Sequence record: OK272484.1
From: Escherichia phage JLBYU22
Direction: 5' to 3' (one strand)
Length of the DNA: 64,000 bases
Part shown: positions 10,456 through 20,592 of the stretch, piece after piece
Position numbering within the stretch: the stretch's first letter is position 1
Layout: each line of letters begins with the position of its first letter
Position numbers and translations under genes: made by a program
Notes under the pieces: generated by a model
What the model was told of the DNA's origin: nothing
The model's input: the letters and a program-made list of their open reading frames with translations, nothing else
The model's database searches: none

Positions 10456-11874
10456 TTATGGATAGGTATAGATTATACCAGTTTCTAAAGCAGTTTTGTG
10501 AATGATGTATCCATTACGTGATTCTTGGACATCAACTTCTGGATAGTCTTTCATCATCTTCTGAAGAGTGTAACGATGCAGGTAGTATTTACTATCTGGA
10601 TCTTCAGTTTTCCAATCTTTACCTTCTTCGGTCATTTTTTGGATTTCATCCATAACCCACCAACCACACCAGATGTAAGCTGAAGTACGATGTGGAAGAG
10701 GATGAACATAAGGTAATTCACCTTCTGGCTCTGGAGCAACTTTATCAGTTACCTGAACTTGACCTTCCGCCGTAATAGTTTTGCTATCATAATCAGCAGC
10801 AGTAACAGTTGCAGTAACTTCAATAGTTTGACTTCCAATAGATGAGGTATCAACGGTATATACATTAGTTGACCCTTCTACAGGAGAAGAATCTTTCTTC
10901 CATGAATACGCAATTTGCGCTTCTTCTGGAGCATCAGTGACATTAGCAGTAAATGTAGCCGAAGCATCTTGTTGAACGTTAATAGAAGGAGGAGTCAATG
11001 TAACCTGTGGATTCATTGTCTTCTTATTAACTGTTAATGATACTTCATTCGAAGTAACTTCCTTTTCATTGTAATTTTCAGCAGTTACTTGGGCTACGCA
11101 TTTAATTCTTTTTACTCCACTTGTAGTTGGAGTATAGTTAAATGTAGAGTTAGTTTCTCCACCAACTTGTGAATCATCTACATACCATTTATATGTAGCA
11201 GACGCTCCAACAGGTTGAGAAACCAAGGCAGCAGTAAATTGAACTGGGGTTCCAATTACTCCAGCTGAAGGACTATCAGGAGTTACTGCTAAGGTAGTTG
11301 TCTGCGTCTTTTTATTAACAGTCAGTGACACTTCATTGGAAGTAACTTCCTTTGTATCATAATCTGTCGCGGTTACTTGAGCTACACACTTAATTGTTTT
11401 AACTCCGCTTGTGTCAGGAGTGTAATTGAATGTAGCGTCAGTTGCTTCGTCTACAGGAGAACCGTCAACGTGCCATTGATACGTAGCGTTTGCACCTGAT
11501 GGCTGTGAAGCTAAGGCAGCGGTAAATTCAACAGCTGTTCCAATCACTCCAGCAGCAGGACTATCAGGAGTTACTGCCAAGGTAGTTGTCTGTGTCTTAT
11601 TTTGAACTGTGATAGTTGTACTAATTTCAGCTGTTTCAGCTTCAGAATCAGGAACTGGATTTGTTGCAACTACCTTAATAGTCTTTTGTCCAGCAGGACC
11701 TTTTAGTACATAACTAAAAGTTGCAGACGTTTCTTCCTGCGGTGCATCATCAACAGTCCAAGCATAGGTAATAGGTCCATCTCCAGTTTGACCACTGGGT
11801 GTAGCAGTAAACTGCTGAGTCTGATCTATAACTCCAGTAGGTGTTTTAGGAGTTATATCAACTGTAAAAGTCAT
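10456..11874 (-). CDS. hoc: Hoc outer capsid decoration protein, 472 aa with four Ig-like modules plus capsid-binding C-terminus
   Basis: N- and C-terminal regions match T4 Hoc as I recall it; two adjacent ~96-aa modules are ~80 percent identical to each other. Confidence 0.9.
   Translation of the reverse strand: MTFTVDITPKTPTGVIDQTQQFTATPSGQTGDGPITYAWTVDDAPQEETSATFSYVLKGPAGQKTIKVVATNPVPDSEAETAEISTTITVQNKTQTTTLAVTPDSPAAGVIGTAVEFTAALASQPSGANATYQWHVDGSPVDEATDATFNYTPDTSGVKTIKCVAQVTATDYDTKEVTSNEVSLTVNKKTQTTTLAVTPDSPSAGVIGTPVQFTAALVSQPVGASATYKWYVDDSQVGGETNSTFNYTPTTSGVKRIKCVAQVTAENYNEKEVTSNEVSLTVNKKTMNPQVTLTPPSINVQQDASATFTANVTDAPEEAQIAYSWKKDSSPVEGSTNVYTVDTSSIGSQTIEVTATVTAADYDSKTITAEGQVQVTDKVAPEPEGELPYVHPLPHRTSAYIWCGWWVMDEIQKMTEEGKDWKTEDPDSKYYLHRYTLQKMMKDYPEVDVQESRNGYIIHKTALETGIIYTYP
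11014..11589 (-). repeat. Tandem in-frame duplication (2 x 288 bp) encoding two Ig-like modules inside hoc
   Basis: Protein residues 96-191 and 192-287 align colinearly (TTTLAVTPDSP...SLTVNKKT). Confidence 0.85.
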
Positions 11875-11883
11875 AAGTTATCC

Positions 11884-12564
11884 TTATTTTAATGTTACGA
11901 AAGAAGAATTGCGTGTTTCACGAATTAAAACTGATCCGTCACGGTTAATGTAATAAATTAAGCTAAATAAAGTTTGGTGTGCTGACGCATGCTCAAAACT
12001 AGTTGGGTGAGATTTCCAATCCGGAGTTTCAGCAATCCACTGGTAAATCCACCAAGGAACGGTGCAGAATCCTGGATTTTTTCCAATCAGCTGAAGATTC
12101 GGACTAAAGTTTTCCGGAAGAGTAAATACAGACAGCTTTTCAGATTCAATAATCTCAGCTACAGCCTGCTCGAATTTTTCTTCAACAAAAGGAGTATCTT
12201 CAATCAAAACATCGGTATTTTCAGGAATTTTATCCGTTTCTACTACTTCAATTTTAATGTCAGATTTAACCGGAGAATCAATCAGAAGTGCTGCCTCTGG
12301 ATTGACTTCTTCATCGTCATATTTTAACCCCTCTGCAGCATCAGCAGCATCAATTAAGTCTTTAATAGATAACCCATCAGTCTCTGGCATAGGTTCACTA
12401 GCGAGCTTCTGGAGGGCTTCTTCAATATCAACAACGATATTATCAAAAGATTTATTCTTTTTGACCTTTATACCAAACTGCTCAGCATATTCAGCTAATT
12501 TAGCTTTAGCTTCTTTGTTATCATCAAGAGCCTTCAGCTCTGCAATATAATCTTTATCTATCAT
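11884..12564 (-). CDS. inh: Inh, inhibitor of prohead protease gp21
   Basis: 226 aa as in T4 Inh; adjacent to hoc. Confidence 0.8.
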   Translation of the reverse strand: MIDKDYIAELKALDDNKEAKAKLAEYAEQFGIKVKKNKSFDNIVVDIEEALQKLASEPMPETDGLSIKDLIDAADAAEGLKYDDEEVNPEAALLIDSPVKSDIKIEVVETDKIPENTDVLIEDTPFVEEKFEQAVAEIIESEKLSVFTLPENFSPNLQLIGKNPGFCTVPWWIYQWIAETPDWKSHPTSFEHASAHQTLFSLIYYINRDGSVLIRETRNSSFVTLK

Positions 12565-12577
12565 AATATTTCCTCAG

Positions 12578-12585
12578 TATAAATA
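12578..12585 (+). promoter_or_regulatory. Late promoter box TATAAATA upstream of uvsW
   Basis: Exact TATAAATA 30 nt upstream of ATG 12615. Confidence 0.65.
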
Positions 12586-12614
12586 TAGATATATTTATTA
12601 CATGGTATTTAGAC

Positions 12615-14126
12615 ATGACTGACATTAAAGTACATTTTTATGATTTTAGTCACGTGAGAATTGATTGTGAAGAAAGTACATTTCATGAACTCCGTGATTT
12701 CTTTAGCTTTGAAGCTGATGGGTATCGTTTTAATCCGAAGTACAGATATGGCCACTGGGATGGACGAATCCGTCTTTTAGATTATAATCGCCTTCTTCCA
12801 TTCGGCTTGGTCGGGCAAATTAAAAAGTTCTGTGATAACTTTGGCTATAAAGCCTGGATTGACCCGCAAATTAACGAAAAAGAAGAATTATCAAGAAAAG
12901 ATTTTGATGAATGGCTTTCTAAATTAGAAATCTATTCAGGAAATAAAAGAATTGAACCGCACTGGTATCAAAAAGATGCAGTGTTCGAAGGATTAGTTAA
13001 TCGTCGTAGAATTCTTAATCTTCCAACATCTGCAGGTAAATCTTTAATTCAAGCTTTGCTTGCTCGGTATTATTTGGAAAATTATGAAGGTAAAATTCTT
13101 ATCATTGTTCCAACAACTGCTCTGACAACTCAGATGGCTGATGACTTTGTTGACTATCGTTTATTCAGTCATGCAATGATAAAGAAAATCGGCGGTGGAG
13201 CATCAAAAGATGATAAATATAAAAATGATGCACCAGTCGTTGTTGGTACATGGCAAACTGTAGTAAAACAGCCGAAAGAATGGTTCTCACAGTTTGGAAT
13301 GATGATGAATGATGAATGCCATCTTGCTACAGGAAAAAGTATTTCATCTATCATATCAGGTTTAAATAACTGCATGTTTAAATTTGGTCTATCAGGTTCA
13401 TTACGTGACGGCAAAGCCAATATCATGCAGTATGTTGGAATGTTTGGTGAAATATTTAAGCCAGTAACGACCTCTAAATTAATGGAAGATGGACAAGTAA
13501 CTGAGTTAAAAATTAATAGTATTTTTCTTCGCTATCCCGATGAGTTCACTACTAAATTAAAGGGAAAAACTTACCAAGAAGAAATAAAAATTATTACTGG
13601 GCTCAGTAAAAGAAATAAATGGATCGCTAAATTAGCTATTAAGCTTGCACAAAAAGATGAAAACGCTTTTGTCATGTTTAAACACGTATCGCACGGTAAA
13701 GCTATTTTCGATTTAATTAAAAATGAATACGATAAAGTTTATTACGTATCAGGGGAAGTTGATACTGAAACCCGCAATATAATGAAAACCTTAGCTGAAA
13801 ATGGTAAAGGAATAATTATAGTAGCGAGTTATGGTGTATTTTCTACTGGTATTTCAGTTAAAAATCTGCATCATGTTGTTTTAGCGCACGGCGTTAAATC
13901 AAAAATCATTGTATTACAAACAATCGGTCGTGTATTACGTAAGCATGGTTCTAAGACAATAGCAACAGTCTGGGACCTCATCGATGATTGTGGTGTTAAG
14001 CCAAAATCTGCTAATACGAAAAAGAAATACGTTCATTTGAACTATCTTTTAAAACACGGCATTGATCGTATTCAGCGCTACGCAGATGAAAAATTTAATT
14101 ACGTAATGAAAACAGTTAATTTATAA
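12615..14126 (+). CDS. uvsW: UvsW DNA helicase (SF2)
   Basis: 503 aa; Walker A PTSAGKS and DECH box. Confidence 0.95.
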   Translation: MTDIKVHFYDFSHVRIDCEESTFHELRDFFSFEADGYRFNPKYRYGHWDGRIRLLDYNRLLPFGLVGQIKKFCDNFGYKAWIDPQINEKEELSRKDFDEWLSKLEIYSGNKRIEPHWYQKDAVFEGLVNRRRILNLPTSAGKSLIQALLARYYLENYEGKILIIVPTTALTTQMADDFVDYRLFSHAMIKKIGGGASKDDKYKNDAPVVVGTWQTVVKQPKEWFSQFGMMMNDECHLATGKSISSIISGLNNCMFKFGLSGSLRDGKANIMQYVGMFGEIFKPVTTSKLMEDGQVTELKINSIFLRYPDEFTTKLKGKTYQEEIKIITGLSKRNKWIAKLAIKLAQKDENAFVMFKHVSHGKAIFDLIKNEYDKVYYVSGEVDTETRNIMKTLAENGKGIIIVASYGVFSTGISVKNLHHVVLAHGVKSKIIVLQTIGRVLRKHGSKTIATVWDLIDDCGVKPKSANTKKKYVHLNYLLKHGIDRIQRYADEKFNYVMKTVNL

Positions 14127-14151
14127 GGGCTTCGGCCCTTTGGAGAAAAAG

Positions 14152-14382
14152 ATGTTACTAGGATTTAAACAATTTCTTTATGAAGCTTCTATTGATGAAT
14201 TTATGGGTAAAATTGCCTCTTGTCAAACATTAGAAGGTTTAGAAGAACTTGAAGCTTATTACAAGAAAAGAGTTAAAGAAACTGAATTAAAAGATACTGA
14301 TGACATCTCTGTGAGAGATGCTTTGGCAGGAAAAAGAGCTGAATTAGAAGATTCAGACGATGAAGTAGAAGAAAGCTTTTAA
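14152..14382 (+). CDS. uvsW.1: UvsW.1-like small acidic protein
   Basis: Start moved to ATG 14152 (track used TTG 14140); GGAG RBS; 76 aa. Confidence 0.7.
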   Translation: MLLGFKQFLYEASIDEFMGKIASCQTLEGLEELEAYYKKRVKETELKDTDDISVRDALAGKRAELEDSDDEVEESF

Positions 14383-14391
14383 ATTAAAAAA

Positions 14392-14414
14392 GGCCCAACC
14401 AAAAAGGAAGGGCC
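14392..14414 (-). terminator. Hairpin GGCCC...GGGCC followed by T6 on the minus strand; terminator of the uvsY transcription unit
   Basis: Read directly; the T-run lies only on the minus-strand side. Confidence 0.55.
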
Positions 14415-14437
14415 AAAACTATAGACTAAAGGTCACA

Positions 14438-14605
14438 CTATAGCAAAAGTTGTGTTTCATTTAATTGTTCTTCCGAACTTTCTGAAACTGGTAGTTCTTT
14501 AATGTAATTATAGCAAGGCCCAGGATGTACAGGACCTTTGTCTGTTTCAACAACCAATGCAGAATCGATTGGAGTTTTACAGACAACACAAATCTTATCT
14601 GACAT
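14438..14605 (-). CDS. Small Cys-containing protein (position of T4 uvsY.-2); not in the supplied ORF track (<60 aa)
   Basis: 55-codon ORF found by hand; GAGGAG RBS 6 nt upstream of ATG; CxxC...C pattern. Confidence 0.6.
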   Translation of the reverse strand: MSDKICVVCKTPIDSALVVETDKGPVHPGPCYNYIKELPVSESSEEQLNETQLLL

Positions 14606-14630
14606 GATTGTCTCCTCTGAATTATATATC

Positions 14631-14638
14631 TATTTATA
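14631..14638 (-). promoter_or_regulatory. Late promoter box TATAAATA (minus strand) upstream of the 55-codon ORF
   Basis: Plus strand reads TATTTATA. Confidence 0.45.
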
Positions 14639-14858
14639 CAACTCTCATATGCATATCAATGCCCATATCTTTAGAATAAAAATATTCATCAAGATATCCG
14701 GCAAATTTTCCTTTAATATAAAGGACATCTTCACCGCACGGGTGGTCGGCCAGGATACGAATATCCTGACGCTTAAGATTATGCTTTTTCATTAAGAATT
14801 GAATTTCCGTTTCAAATTCTTCTTCATAATTAAAAGCATCATCAATGCTATATCTCAT
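14634..14858 (-). CDS. Small hypothetical protein (position of T4 uvsY.-1)
   Basis: 74 aa; 1-nt overlap with uvsY stop. Confidence 0.65.
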   Translation of the reverse strand: MRYSIDDAFNYEEEFETEIQFLMKKHNLKRQDIRILADHPCGEDVLYIKGKFAGYLDEYFYSKDMGIDMHMRVV

Positions 14859-15271
14859 TATTTTCCAGCCTCAAATGCCCGCATGTCTTGAATATGCTTA
14901 ATAGCAAATCCACGTGATTTGATAGCATCAAGAGCTCCGCTACAGAAATCTAATAAAATTCCCCAATATTGTAATGAAGTATCAACCTTTAAAACATCCT
15001 TATCAGCTGATAGAACTGTCTTCATTTCTGATTTCTCGTAACGATCCATACTAAATTCATCACCATCTCCTCGTCCCGAGTAGTAGTCTAATTTAGCTTT
15101 AAGAGCAACTTTTTTCTGTGCATCAATTCTAAGCATTTCCTTTTTAATACTTGAATGCTTATTAAGCCATTTACTATATAACATCACATTATTAGCTGCT
15201 TCATACTGTAATTTAGTCGAATCTATAAACACATCTTTCTTCAATTCTTCTTGAAGATCTTCTAATCTCAT
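14858..15271 (-). CDS. uvsY: UvsY recombination mediator
   Basis: 137 aa as in T4 UvsY. Confidence 0.95.
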   Translation of the reverse strand: MRLEDLQEELKKDVFIDSTKLQYEAANNVMLYSKWLNKHSSIKKEMLRIDAQKKVALKAKLDYYSGRGDGDEFSMDRYEKSEMKTVLSADKDVLKVDTSLQYWGILLDFCSGALDAIKSRGFAIKHIQDMRAFEAGK

Positions 15272-15337
15272 ATTGTTCTCTATTCAATTGTTATTGGATG
15301 GACTTAGATTCATTATACCACGTTTATACGTGAAGCA

Positions 15338-15736
15338 TTATACTCTATTACTGGAAGCCAGTTGTAGTTTTATCTGCTCGATATCATCAGGGTTATCGAT
15401 GACTGAAAAGCGTATTTCTACTATCAAAGTATAATCATCATAAACCGGTATTACATTAACTGCTAATTTATCAATACGTGGCTCATAGTTTCTTACTGCG
15501 CTTTCGATATTACGCTCAACCGTGTCAGCAGTAAGAGGAGTCATATTCTCAAAAAGTTGGTCAGATAAATCACATCCAAATTCAGGGTCAAACGGTCTTG
15601 AACCTTTTCTTGTTGTAATAATTCCTAAAAGACTATTTTTAATTGACCTTAATCCAAGTGATCTTGAAACGTCTTTGTTCCAATCCATTTTCATCTCTGG
15701 GTCAATATCAGAATAAAGCTTATTAATATTTGCCAT
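15338..15736 (-). CDS. 25: Baseplate wedge protein gp25
   Basis: 132 aa as in T4 gp25; synteny. Confidence 0.9.
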   Translation of the reverse strand: MANINKLYSDIDPEMKMDWNKDVSRSLGLRSIKNSLLGIITTRKGSRPFDPEFGCDLSDQLFENMTPLTADTVERNIESAVRNYEPRIDKLAVNVIPVYDDYTLIVEIRFSVIDNPDDIEQIKLQLASSNRV

Positions 15737-16362
15737 TACAATAGCTCAAAGAATTCTTTGAGTCCTCTTATTACATGAGCGTGAGTTTTTCCACACTCTG
15801 GACACTTAATTGGAACAGCCAAATAAACGGTAGGCTTTAAAAGCATATCTTTTATAGCTACAATATCTGACTCTGTGATGATAGAATATAAATCTTCCAG
15901 TTCTTTTTCATTTAAGTCTTCAACTGGAATGCTTTCCCCGTTAGCATGAATCGTTTCTATACATGATACTATCATGTGGGCTATATTTTTATCATCAAAA
16001 ATTTTAGGGTAATGGAATTTAATTTTAATGTCACCCAGTGTATACCAGAGGTCTTCTGGTGCATCTATTTGTGTATGTAATAGATTTATATGGGTTGGTA
16101 TTTCAGTTCCACAGGTGCACTTCCAGGAGTTTTCGTGATTAACTTCTCCAAGAGAATGTGCCCATAAATGAATCAATAGTAGTTCTGATTCTTGGCGGTT
16201 TAAATCTTTTGCATTTGTGCATTCTTTGATTAGCTTTTTAACGATCTCTTCTACTGAACCGTTCTTTTTAGCAGTAATAAGTTCTAGATATTCTTTAAGA
16301 GTAAATGCGCGACAGTTGATTATTTTAGAACCAACTCTCACATCAAATTTGTATTCATACAT
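15736..16362 (-). CDS. 26: Baseplate hub protein gp26
   Basis: 208 aa; synteny. Confidence 0.85.
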   Translation of the reverse strand: MYEYKFDVRVGSKIINCRAFTLKEYLELITAKKNGSVEEIVKKLIKECTNAKDLNRQESELLLIHLWAHSLGEVNHENSWKCTCGTEIPTHINLLHTQIDAPEDLWYTLGDIKIKFHYPKIFDDKNIAHMIVSCIETIHANGESIPVEDLNEKELEDLYSIITESDIVAIKDMLLKPTVYLAVPIKCPECGKTHAHVIRGLKEFFELL

Positions 16363-16383
16363 ATTTAGCTCCTTTATTTATCA

Positions 16384-16395
16384 TATTTATAAATA
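16384..16395. promoter_or_regulatory. Palindromic TATTTATAAATA: overlapping divergent late promoter boxes for gene 26 (minus) and gene 51 (plus)
   Basis: TATAAATA reads on both strands within 12 bp. Confidence 0.65.
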
Positions 16396-16412
16396 GAATA
16401 AAAGGAGCATCT

Positions 16413-17162
16413 ATGGCAAACATTATTCGTTGTAAATTACCAGATGGTGTTCATCGTTTTAAACCATTTACGGTAGAAGATTATCGAGATTTTTTGTTAG
16501 TTCGAAACGATATAGAACATCGGTCACCACAAGAACAAAAAGAAATAATTGCTGATTTAATTGCTGATTATTTTGGAGACTATCCGAAGACTTGGCAACC
16601 ATTTATATTTTTGCAGGTATTTGTAGGGTCAATAGGTAAAACTAAAGTACCGGTCACATTTGTATGTCCAAAATGTAAAAAAGAAAAGACAGTTCCATTT
16701 GAAATATATCAAAAAGAATTAAAGGAACCTGTTTTTGATGTAGCTAATGTTAAAATTAAATTAAAGTTTCCTTCTGAGTTTTATGAAAATAAAGCAAAGA
16801 TGATTACTGAAAATATTCATTCTGTTCAAGTAGATGAAATATGGTATGATTGGAAGGAAATTAGCGAGTCCAGTCAAATAGAACTAGTTGACGCCATCGA
16901 GATAGAAACATTAGAAAAAATTCTCGATGCAATGAATCCTATTAATTTAACTCTACATATGTCATGCTGTAATAAGTACATTAAAAAATACACTGATATA
17001 GTAGACGTGTTTAAGCTATTAGTTAACCCAGATGAGATATTTACTTTTTATCAAATTAATCACACACTCGTAAAAAGTAATTATAGCTTAAATTCAATAA
17101 TGAAAATGATTCCTGCCGAGCGCGGATTCGTATTAAAACTGATTGAGAAGGATAAACAATAA
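16413..17162 (+). CDS. 51: Baseplate hub assembly protein gp51
   Basis: 249 aa; synteny. Confidence 0.85.
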   Translation: MANIIRCKLPDGVHRFKPFTVEDYRDFLLVRNDIEHRSPQEQKEIIADLIADYFGDYPKTWQPFIFLQVFVGSIGKTKVPVTFVCPKCKKEKTVPFEIYQKELKEPVFDVANVKIKLKFPSEFYENKAKMITENIHSVQVDEIWYDWKEISESSQIELVDAIEIETLEKILDAMNPINLTLHMSCCNKYIKKYTDIVDVFKLLVNPDEIFTFYQINHTLVKSNYSLNSIMKMIPAERGFVLKLIEKDKQ

Positions 17163-18337
17163 TGAGTATGTTGCAACGCCCCGGATATCCAAATCTCAGC
17201 GTTAAATTATTTGATAGCTACGACGCTTGGAGTAATAATAGATTTGTTGAATTAGCTGCTACTATTACTACATTAACTATGCGGGATTCTCTTTATGGCC
17301 GAAATGAAGGAATGCTGCAGTTTTATGATTCTAAAAACATCCATACAAAAATGGATGGAAATGAAATAATTCAGATTTCTGTAGCTAATGCAAATGATAT
17401 TAATAATGTTAAAACACGAATTTATGGATGTAAGCATTTTTCTGTGTCAGTAGATTCAAAAGGTGATAACATCATTGCTATTGAATTGGGAACTATTCAT
17501 TCTATAGAAAATCTTAAATTTGGTAGACCATTTTTCCCTGATGCAGGTGAATCTATAAAAGAAATGCTTGGCGTCATTTATCAGGATCGCACATTATTAA
17601 CTCCAGCAATAAATGCTATAAATGCTTATGTTCCTGATATTCCGTGGACTAGCACATTTGAAAACTATTTGTCATATGTAAGAGAAGTTGCTCTAGCTGT
17701 AGGAAGCGACAAATTTGTATTTGTATGGCAAGACATCATGGGAGTTAACATGATGGACTATGATATGATGATAAATCAAGAACCATATCCAATGATTGTC
17801 GGCGAGCCATCTTTAATAGGTCAATTCATCCAAGAATTAAAATATCCATTAGCATATGATTTCGTTTGGTTGACTAAATCGAATCCTCACAAACGTGACC
17901 CAATGAAAAATGCTACTATCTATGCTCATTCATTTTTAGATTCTTCACTGCCAATGATTACTACAGGAAAGGGTGAAAACTCTATTGTAGTGTCAAGGTC
18001 AGGTGCTTATTCTGAAATGACTTATAGGAATGGCTATGAAGAAGCTATTCGTCTTCAAACTATGGCGCAATACGATGGCTATGCTAAATGTTCTACTGTC
18101 GGTAATTTTAACTTGACTCCTGGCGTTAAAATTATTTTTAATGATAGTAAAAACCAATTTAAAACAGAATTTTACGTTGATGAAGTCATCCATGAATTAT
18201 CCAATAATAATTCAGTAACTCATCTATATATGTTCACTAATGCAACGAAACTGGAAACAATAGACCCAGTTAAGGTTAAAAATGAATTTAAATCTGATAC
18301 TACCACTGAAGAAAGTAGTTCTTCCAATAAGCAATAA
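17162..18337 (+). CDS. 27: Baseplate hub subunit gp27
   Basis: 391 aa as in T4 gp27. Confidence 0.9.
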   Translation: MSMLQRPGYPNLSVKLFDSYDAWSNNRFVELAATITTLTMRDSLYGRNEGMLQFYDSKNIHTKMDGNEIIQISVANANDINNVKTRIYGCKHFSVSVDSKGDNIIAIELGTIHSIENLKFGRPFFPDAGESIKEMLGVIYQDRTLLTPAINAINAYVPDIPWTSTFENYLSYVREVALAVGSDKFVFVWQDIMGVNMMDYDMMINQEPYPMIVGEPSLIGQFIQELKYPLAYDFVWLTKSNPHKRDPMKNATIYAHSFLDSSLPMITTGKGENSIVVSRSGAYSEMTYRNGYEEAIRLQTMAQYDGYAKCSTVGNFNLTPGVKIIFNDSKNQFKTEFYVDEVIHELSNNNSVTHLYMFTNATKLETIDPVKVKNEFKSDTTTEESSSSNKQ

Positions 18338-18815
18338 AGAAGTTTCTATTCCTAAAATGGGTCTTAAACACTATAACATTTTAAAAGATGTTAAAGGTCC
18401 TGATGAAAATTTAAAACTTCTTATTGATTCTATTTGTCCGAATTTATCACCGGCAGAAGTTGATTTCGTTTCTATTCATCTATTGGAATTTAATGGAAAG
18501 ATTAAATCTCGTAAAGAAATAGATGGTTATACTTATGACATTAATGATGTTTATGTATGCCAAAGATTGGAATTTCAATACCAAGGAAATACATTTTATT
18601 TTAGACCTCCTGGAAAATTTGAACAATTTTTAACGGTGAGCGATATGTTATCTAAATGCTTGCTTAAGGTCAATGATGAAGTTAAAGAAATTAATTTTCT
18701 TGAGATGCCAGCATTCGTTTTAAAATGGGCAAATGATATTTTTACAACTTTAGCAATTCCTGGCCCTAATGGTCCAATAACCGGAATTGGCAATATTATT
18801 GGATTATTTGAATGA
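18282..18815 (+). CDS. 28: Baseplate hub distal subunit gp28
   Basis: 177 aa; overlaps the 3' end of gene 27 in another frame. Confidence 0.85.
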   Translation: MNLNLILPLKKVVLPISNKEVSIPKMGLKHYNILKDVKGPDENLKLLIDSICPNLSPAEVDFVSIHLLEFNGKIKSRKEIDGYTYDINDVYVCQRLEFQYQGNTFYFRPPGKFEQFLTVSDMLSKCLLKVNDEVKEINFLEMPAFVLKWANDIFTTLAIPGPNGPITGIGNIIGLFE

Positions 18816-20584
18816 AAAAGCCACAAGAAATGCAAACGATGCGTAGAAAAGTTATTTCAGATAATAAACCAACACAGGAAGCGGCTAAATCCGCTTCCAA
18901 CACTTTATCTGGACTTAACGATATATCTACGAAATTGGATGATGCTCAAGCTGCCTCTGAATTAATAGCTCAAACTGTCGAAGAAAAATCGAATGAAATA
19001 ATTGGAGCAATTGATAACGTAGAAAGCGCAGTGAGTGATACTACTGCCGGTTCTGAGTTAATTGCTGAAACTGTCGAAATTGGCAACAATATTAATAAAG
19101 AAATTGGTGAATCACTCGGAAGCAAATTAGATAAATTAACGAGTTTATTAGAACAAAAAATTCAGACAGCTGGAATTCAACAAACAGGAACCAGTTTAGC
19201 CACGGTTGAAAGCGCTATTCCTGTTAAAGTTGTTGAGGATGATACAGCTGAATCTGTGGGTCCTTTATTACCGGCCCCTGAAGCAGTTAATAATGATCCT
19301 GACGCTGATTTTTTCCCTACCCCTCAGCCAGTTGAACCCAAACAAGAATCGCCAGAAGAAAAACAGAAAAAAGAAGCATTTAACTTAAAATTATCTCAAG
19401 CTTTAGATAAATTAACGAAGACTGTTGATTTCGGATTTAAAAAATCCATTTCAATTACTGATAAAATATCAAGCATGTTATTTAAGTACACCATCAGTGC
19501 TGCTATTGAAGCTGCTAAAATGACTGCAATGATATTGGCTGTTGTTGTTGGAATAGACCTGTTGATGGTTCATTTTAAATACTGGTCAGATAAATTTTCA
19601 AAAGCCTGGGATTTATTTAATACTGACTTTACTAAATTCTCTAGCGAAACCGGAACATGGGGTCCTTTATTACAGAGCATCTTTGATTCTATTGATAAAA
19701 TTAAACAACTTTGGGAAGCGGGAGATTGGGGTGGATTGACAGCAGCTATTGTTGAAGGACTCGGAAGTGTTCTTTTTAATTTAGGTGAACTTATTCAATT
19801 AGGTATGGCTAAATTATCTGCAGCAATTCTTCGAGTCATTCCTGGTATGAAGGATACTGCTGATGAAGTAGAAGGAAGAGCATTAGAAAATTTCCAAAAT
19901 TCTACTGGAGCATCTCTCAATAAAGAAGACCAGGAAAAAGTTGCAAATTATCAAGATAAACGAATGAACGGAGACCTTGGTCCGATAGCAAAAGGATTAG
20001 ATAAAATTGCTAATTGGAAAACTCGTGCATCTAATTGGATTCGTGGTGTAGATAATAAAGAAGCACTGACTACCGACGAAGAACGTGCAGCAGAAGAAGA
20101 AAAATTAAAGCAACTTTCACCTGAAGAAAGAAAAAATGCTTTAATGAAGGCTAATGAAGCCCGTGCCGCAATGATTCGCTTTGAAAAATATGCTGATTCA
20201 GCTGATATGAGTAAAGACTCAACGGTTAAATCTGTTGAATCTGCCTATGAAGACCTTAAAAAACGGATGGATGACCCGGATTTAAATAATTCACCGGCAG
20301 TTAAAAAAGAACTTGCTGCTAGATTTTCTAAAATTGATGCTACTTATCAAGAGCTCAAGAAAAATCAGCCTAATGCCAAACCTGAAACTTCTGCTAAATC
20401 GCCAGAAGCAAAACAAGTCCAGGTAATAGAAAAGAACAAAGCACAGCAAGCTCCTGTTCAACAAGCATCTCCTTCAATCAACAATACTAATAATGTTATT
20501 AAGAAAAATACTGTCGTTCATAATATGACACCTGTCACAAGCACAACTGCTCCTGGTGTATTTGATGCGACTGGGGTTAATTAA
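18812..20584 (+). CDS. 29: Tail tape-measure / baseplate hub protein gp29
   Basis: 590 aa as in T4 gp29. Confidence 0.9.
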   Translation: MKKPQEMQTMRRKVISDNKPTQEAAKSASNTLSGLNDISTKLDDAQAASELIAQTVEEKSNEIIGAIDNVESAVSDTTAGSELIAETVEIGNNINKEIGESLGSKLDKLTSLLEQKIQTAGIQQTGTSLATVESAIPVKVVEDDTAESVGPLLPAPEAVNNDPDADFFPTPQPVEPKQESPEEKQKKEAFNLKLSQALDKLTKTVDFGFKKSISITDKISSMLFKYTISAAIEAAKMTAMILAVVVGIDLLMVHFKYWSDKFSKAWDLFNTDFTKFSSETGTWGPLLQSIFDSIDKIKQLWEAGDWGGLTAAIVEGLGSVLFNLGELIQLGMAKLSAAILRVIPGMKDTADEVEGRALENFQNSTGASLNKEDQEKVANYQDKRMNGDLGPIAKGLDKIANWKTRASNWIRGVDNKEALTTDEERAAEEEKLKQLSPEERKNALMKANEARAAMIRFEKYADSADMSKDSTVKSVESAYEDLKKRMDDPDLNNSPAVKKELAARFSKIDATYQELKKNQPNAKPETSAKSPEAKQVQVIEKNKAQQAPVQQASPSINNTNNVIKKNTVVHNMTPVTSTTAPGVFDATGVN

Positions 20585-20592
20585 GGAATAAT

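Noticed and set aside
11989-12550. Plus-strand ORFs 11989-12327 and 12257-12550 overlapping inh
   Set aside because: Antisense to a coupled minus-strand gene; products are low-complexity Ser/Ala- or Phe/Asn-rich.
14538-14795. Plus-strand 85-aa ORF
   Set aside because: Overlaps the minus-strand small ORFs, which have proper RBS and coupling; product is low complexity.
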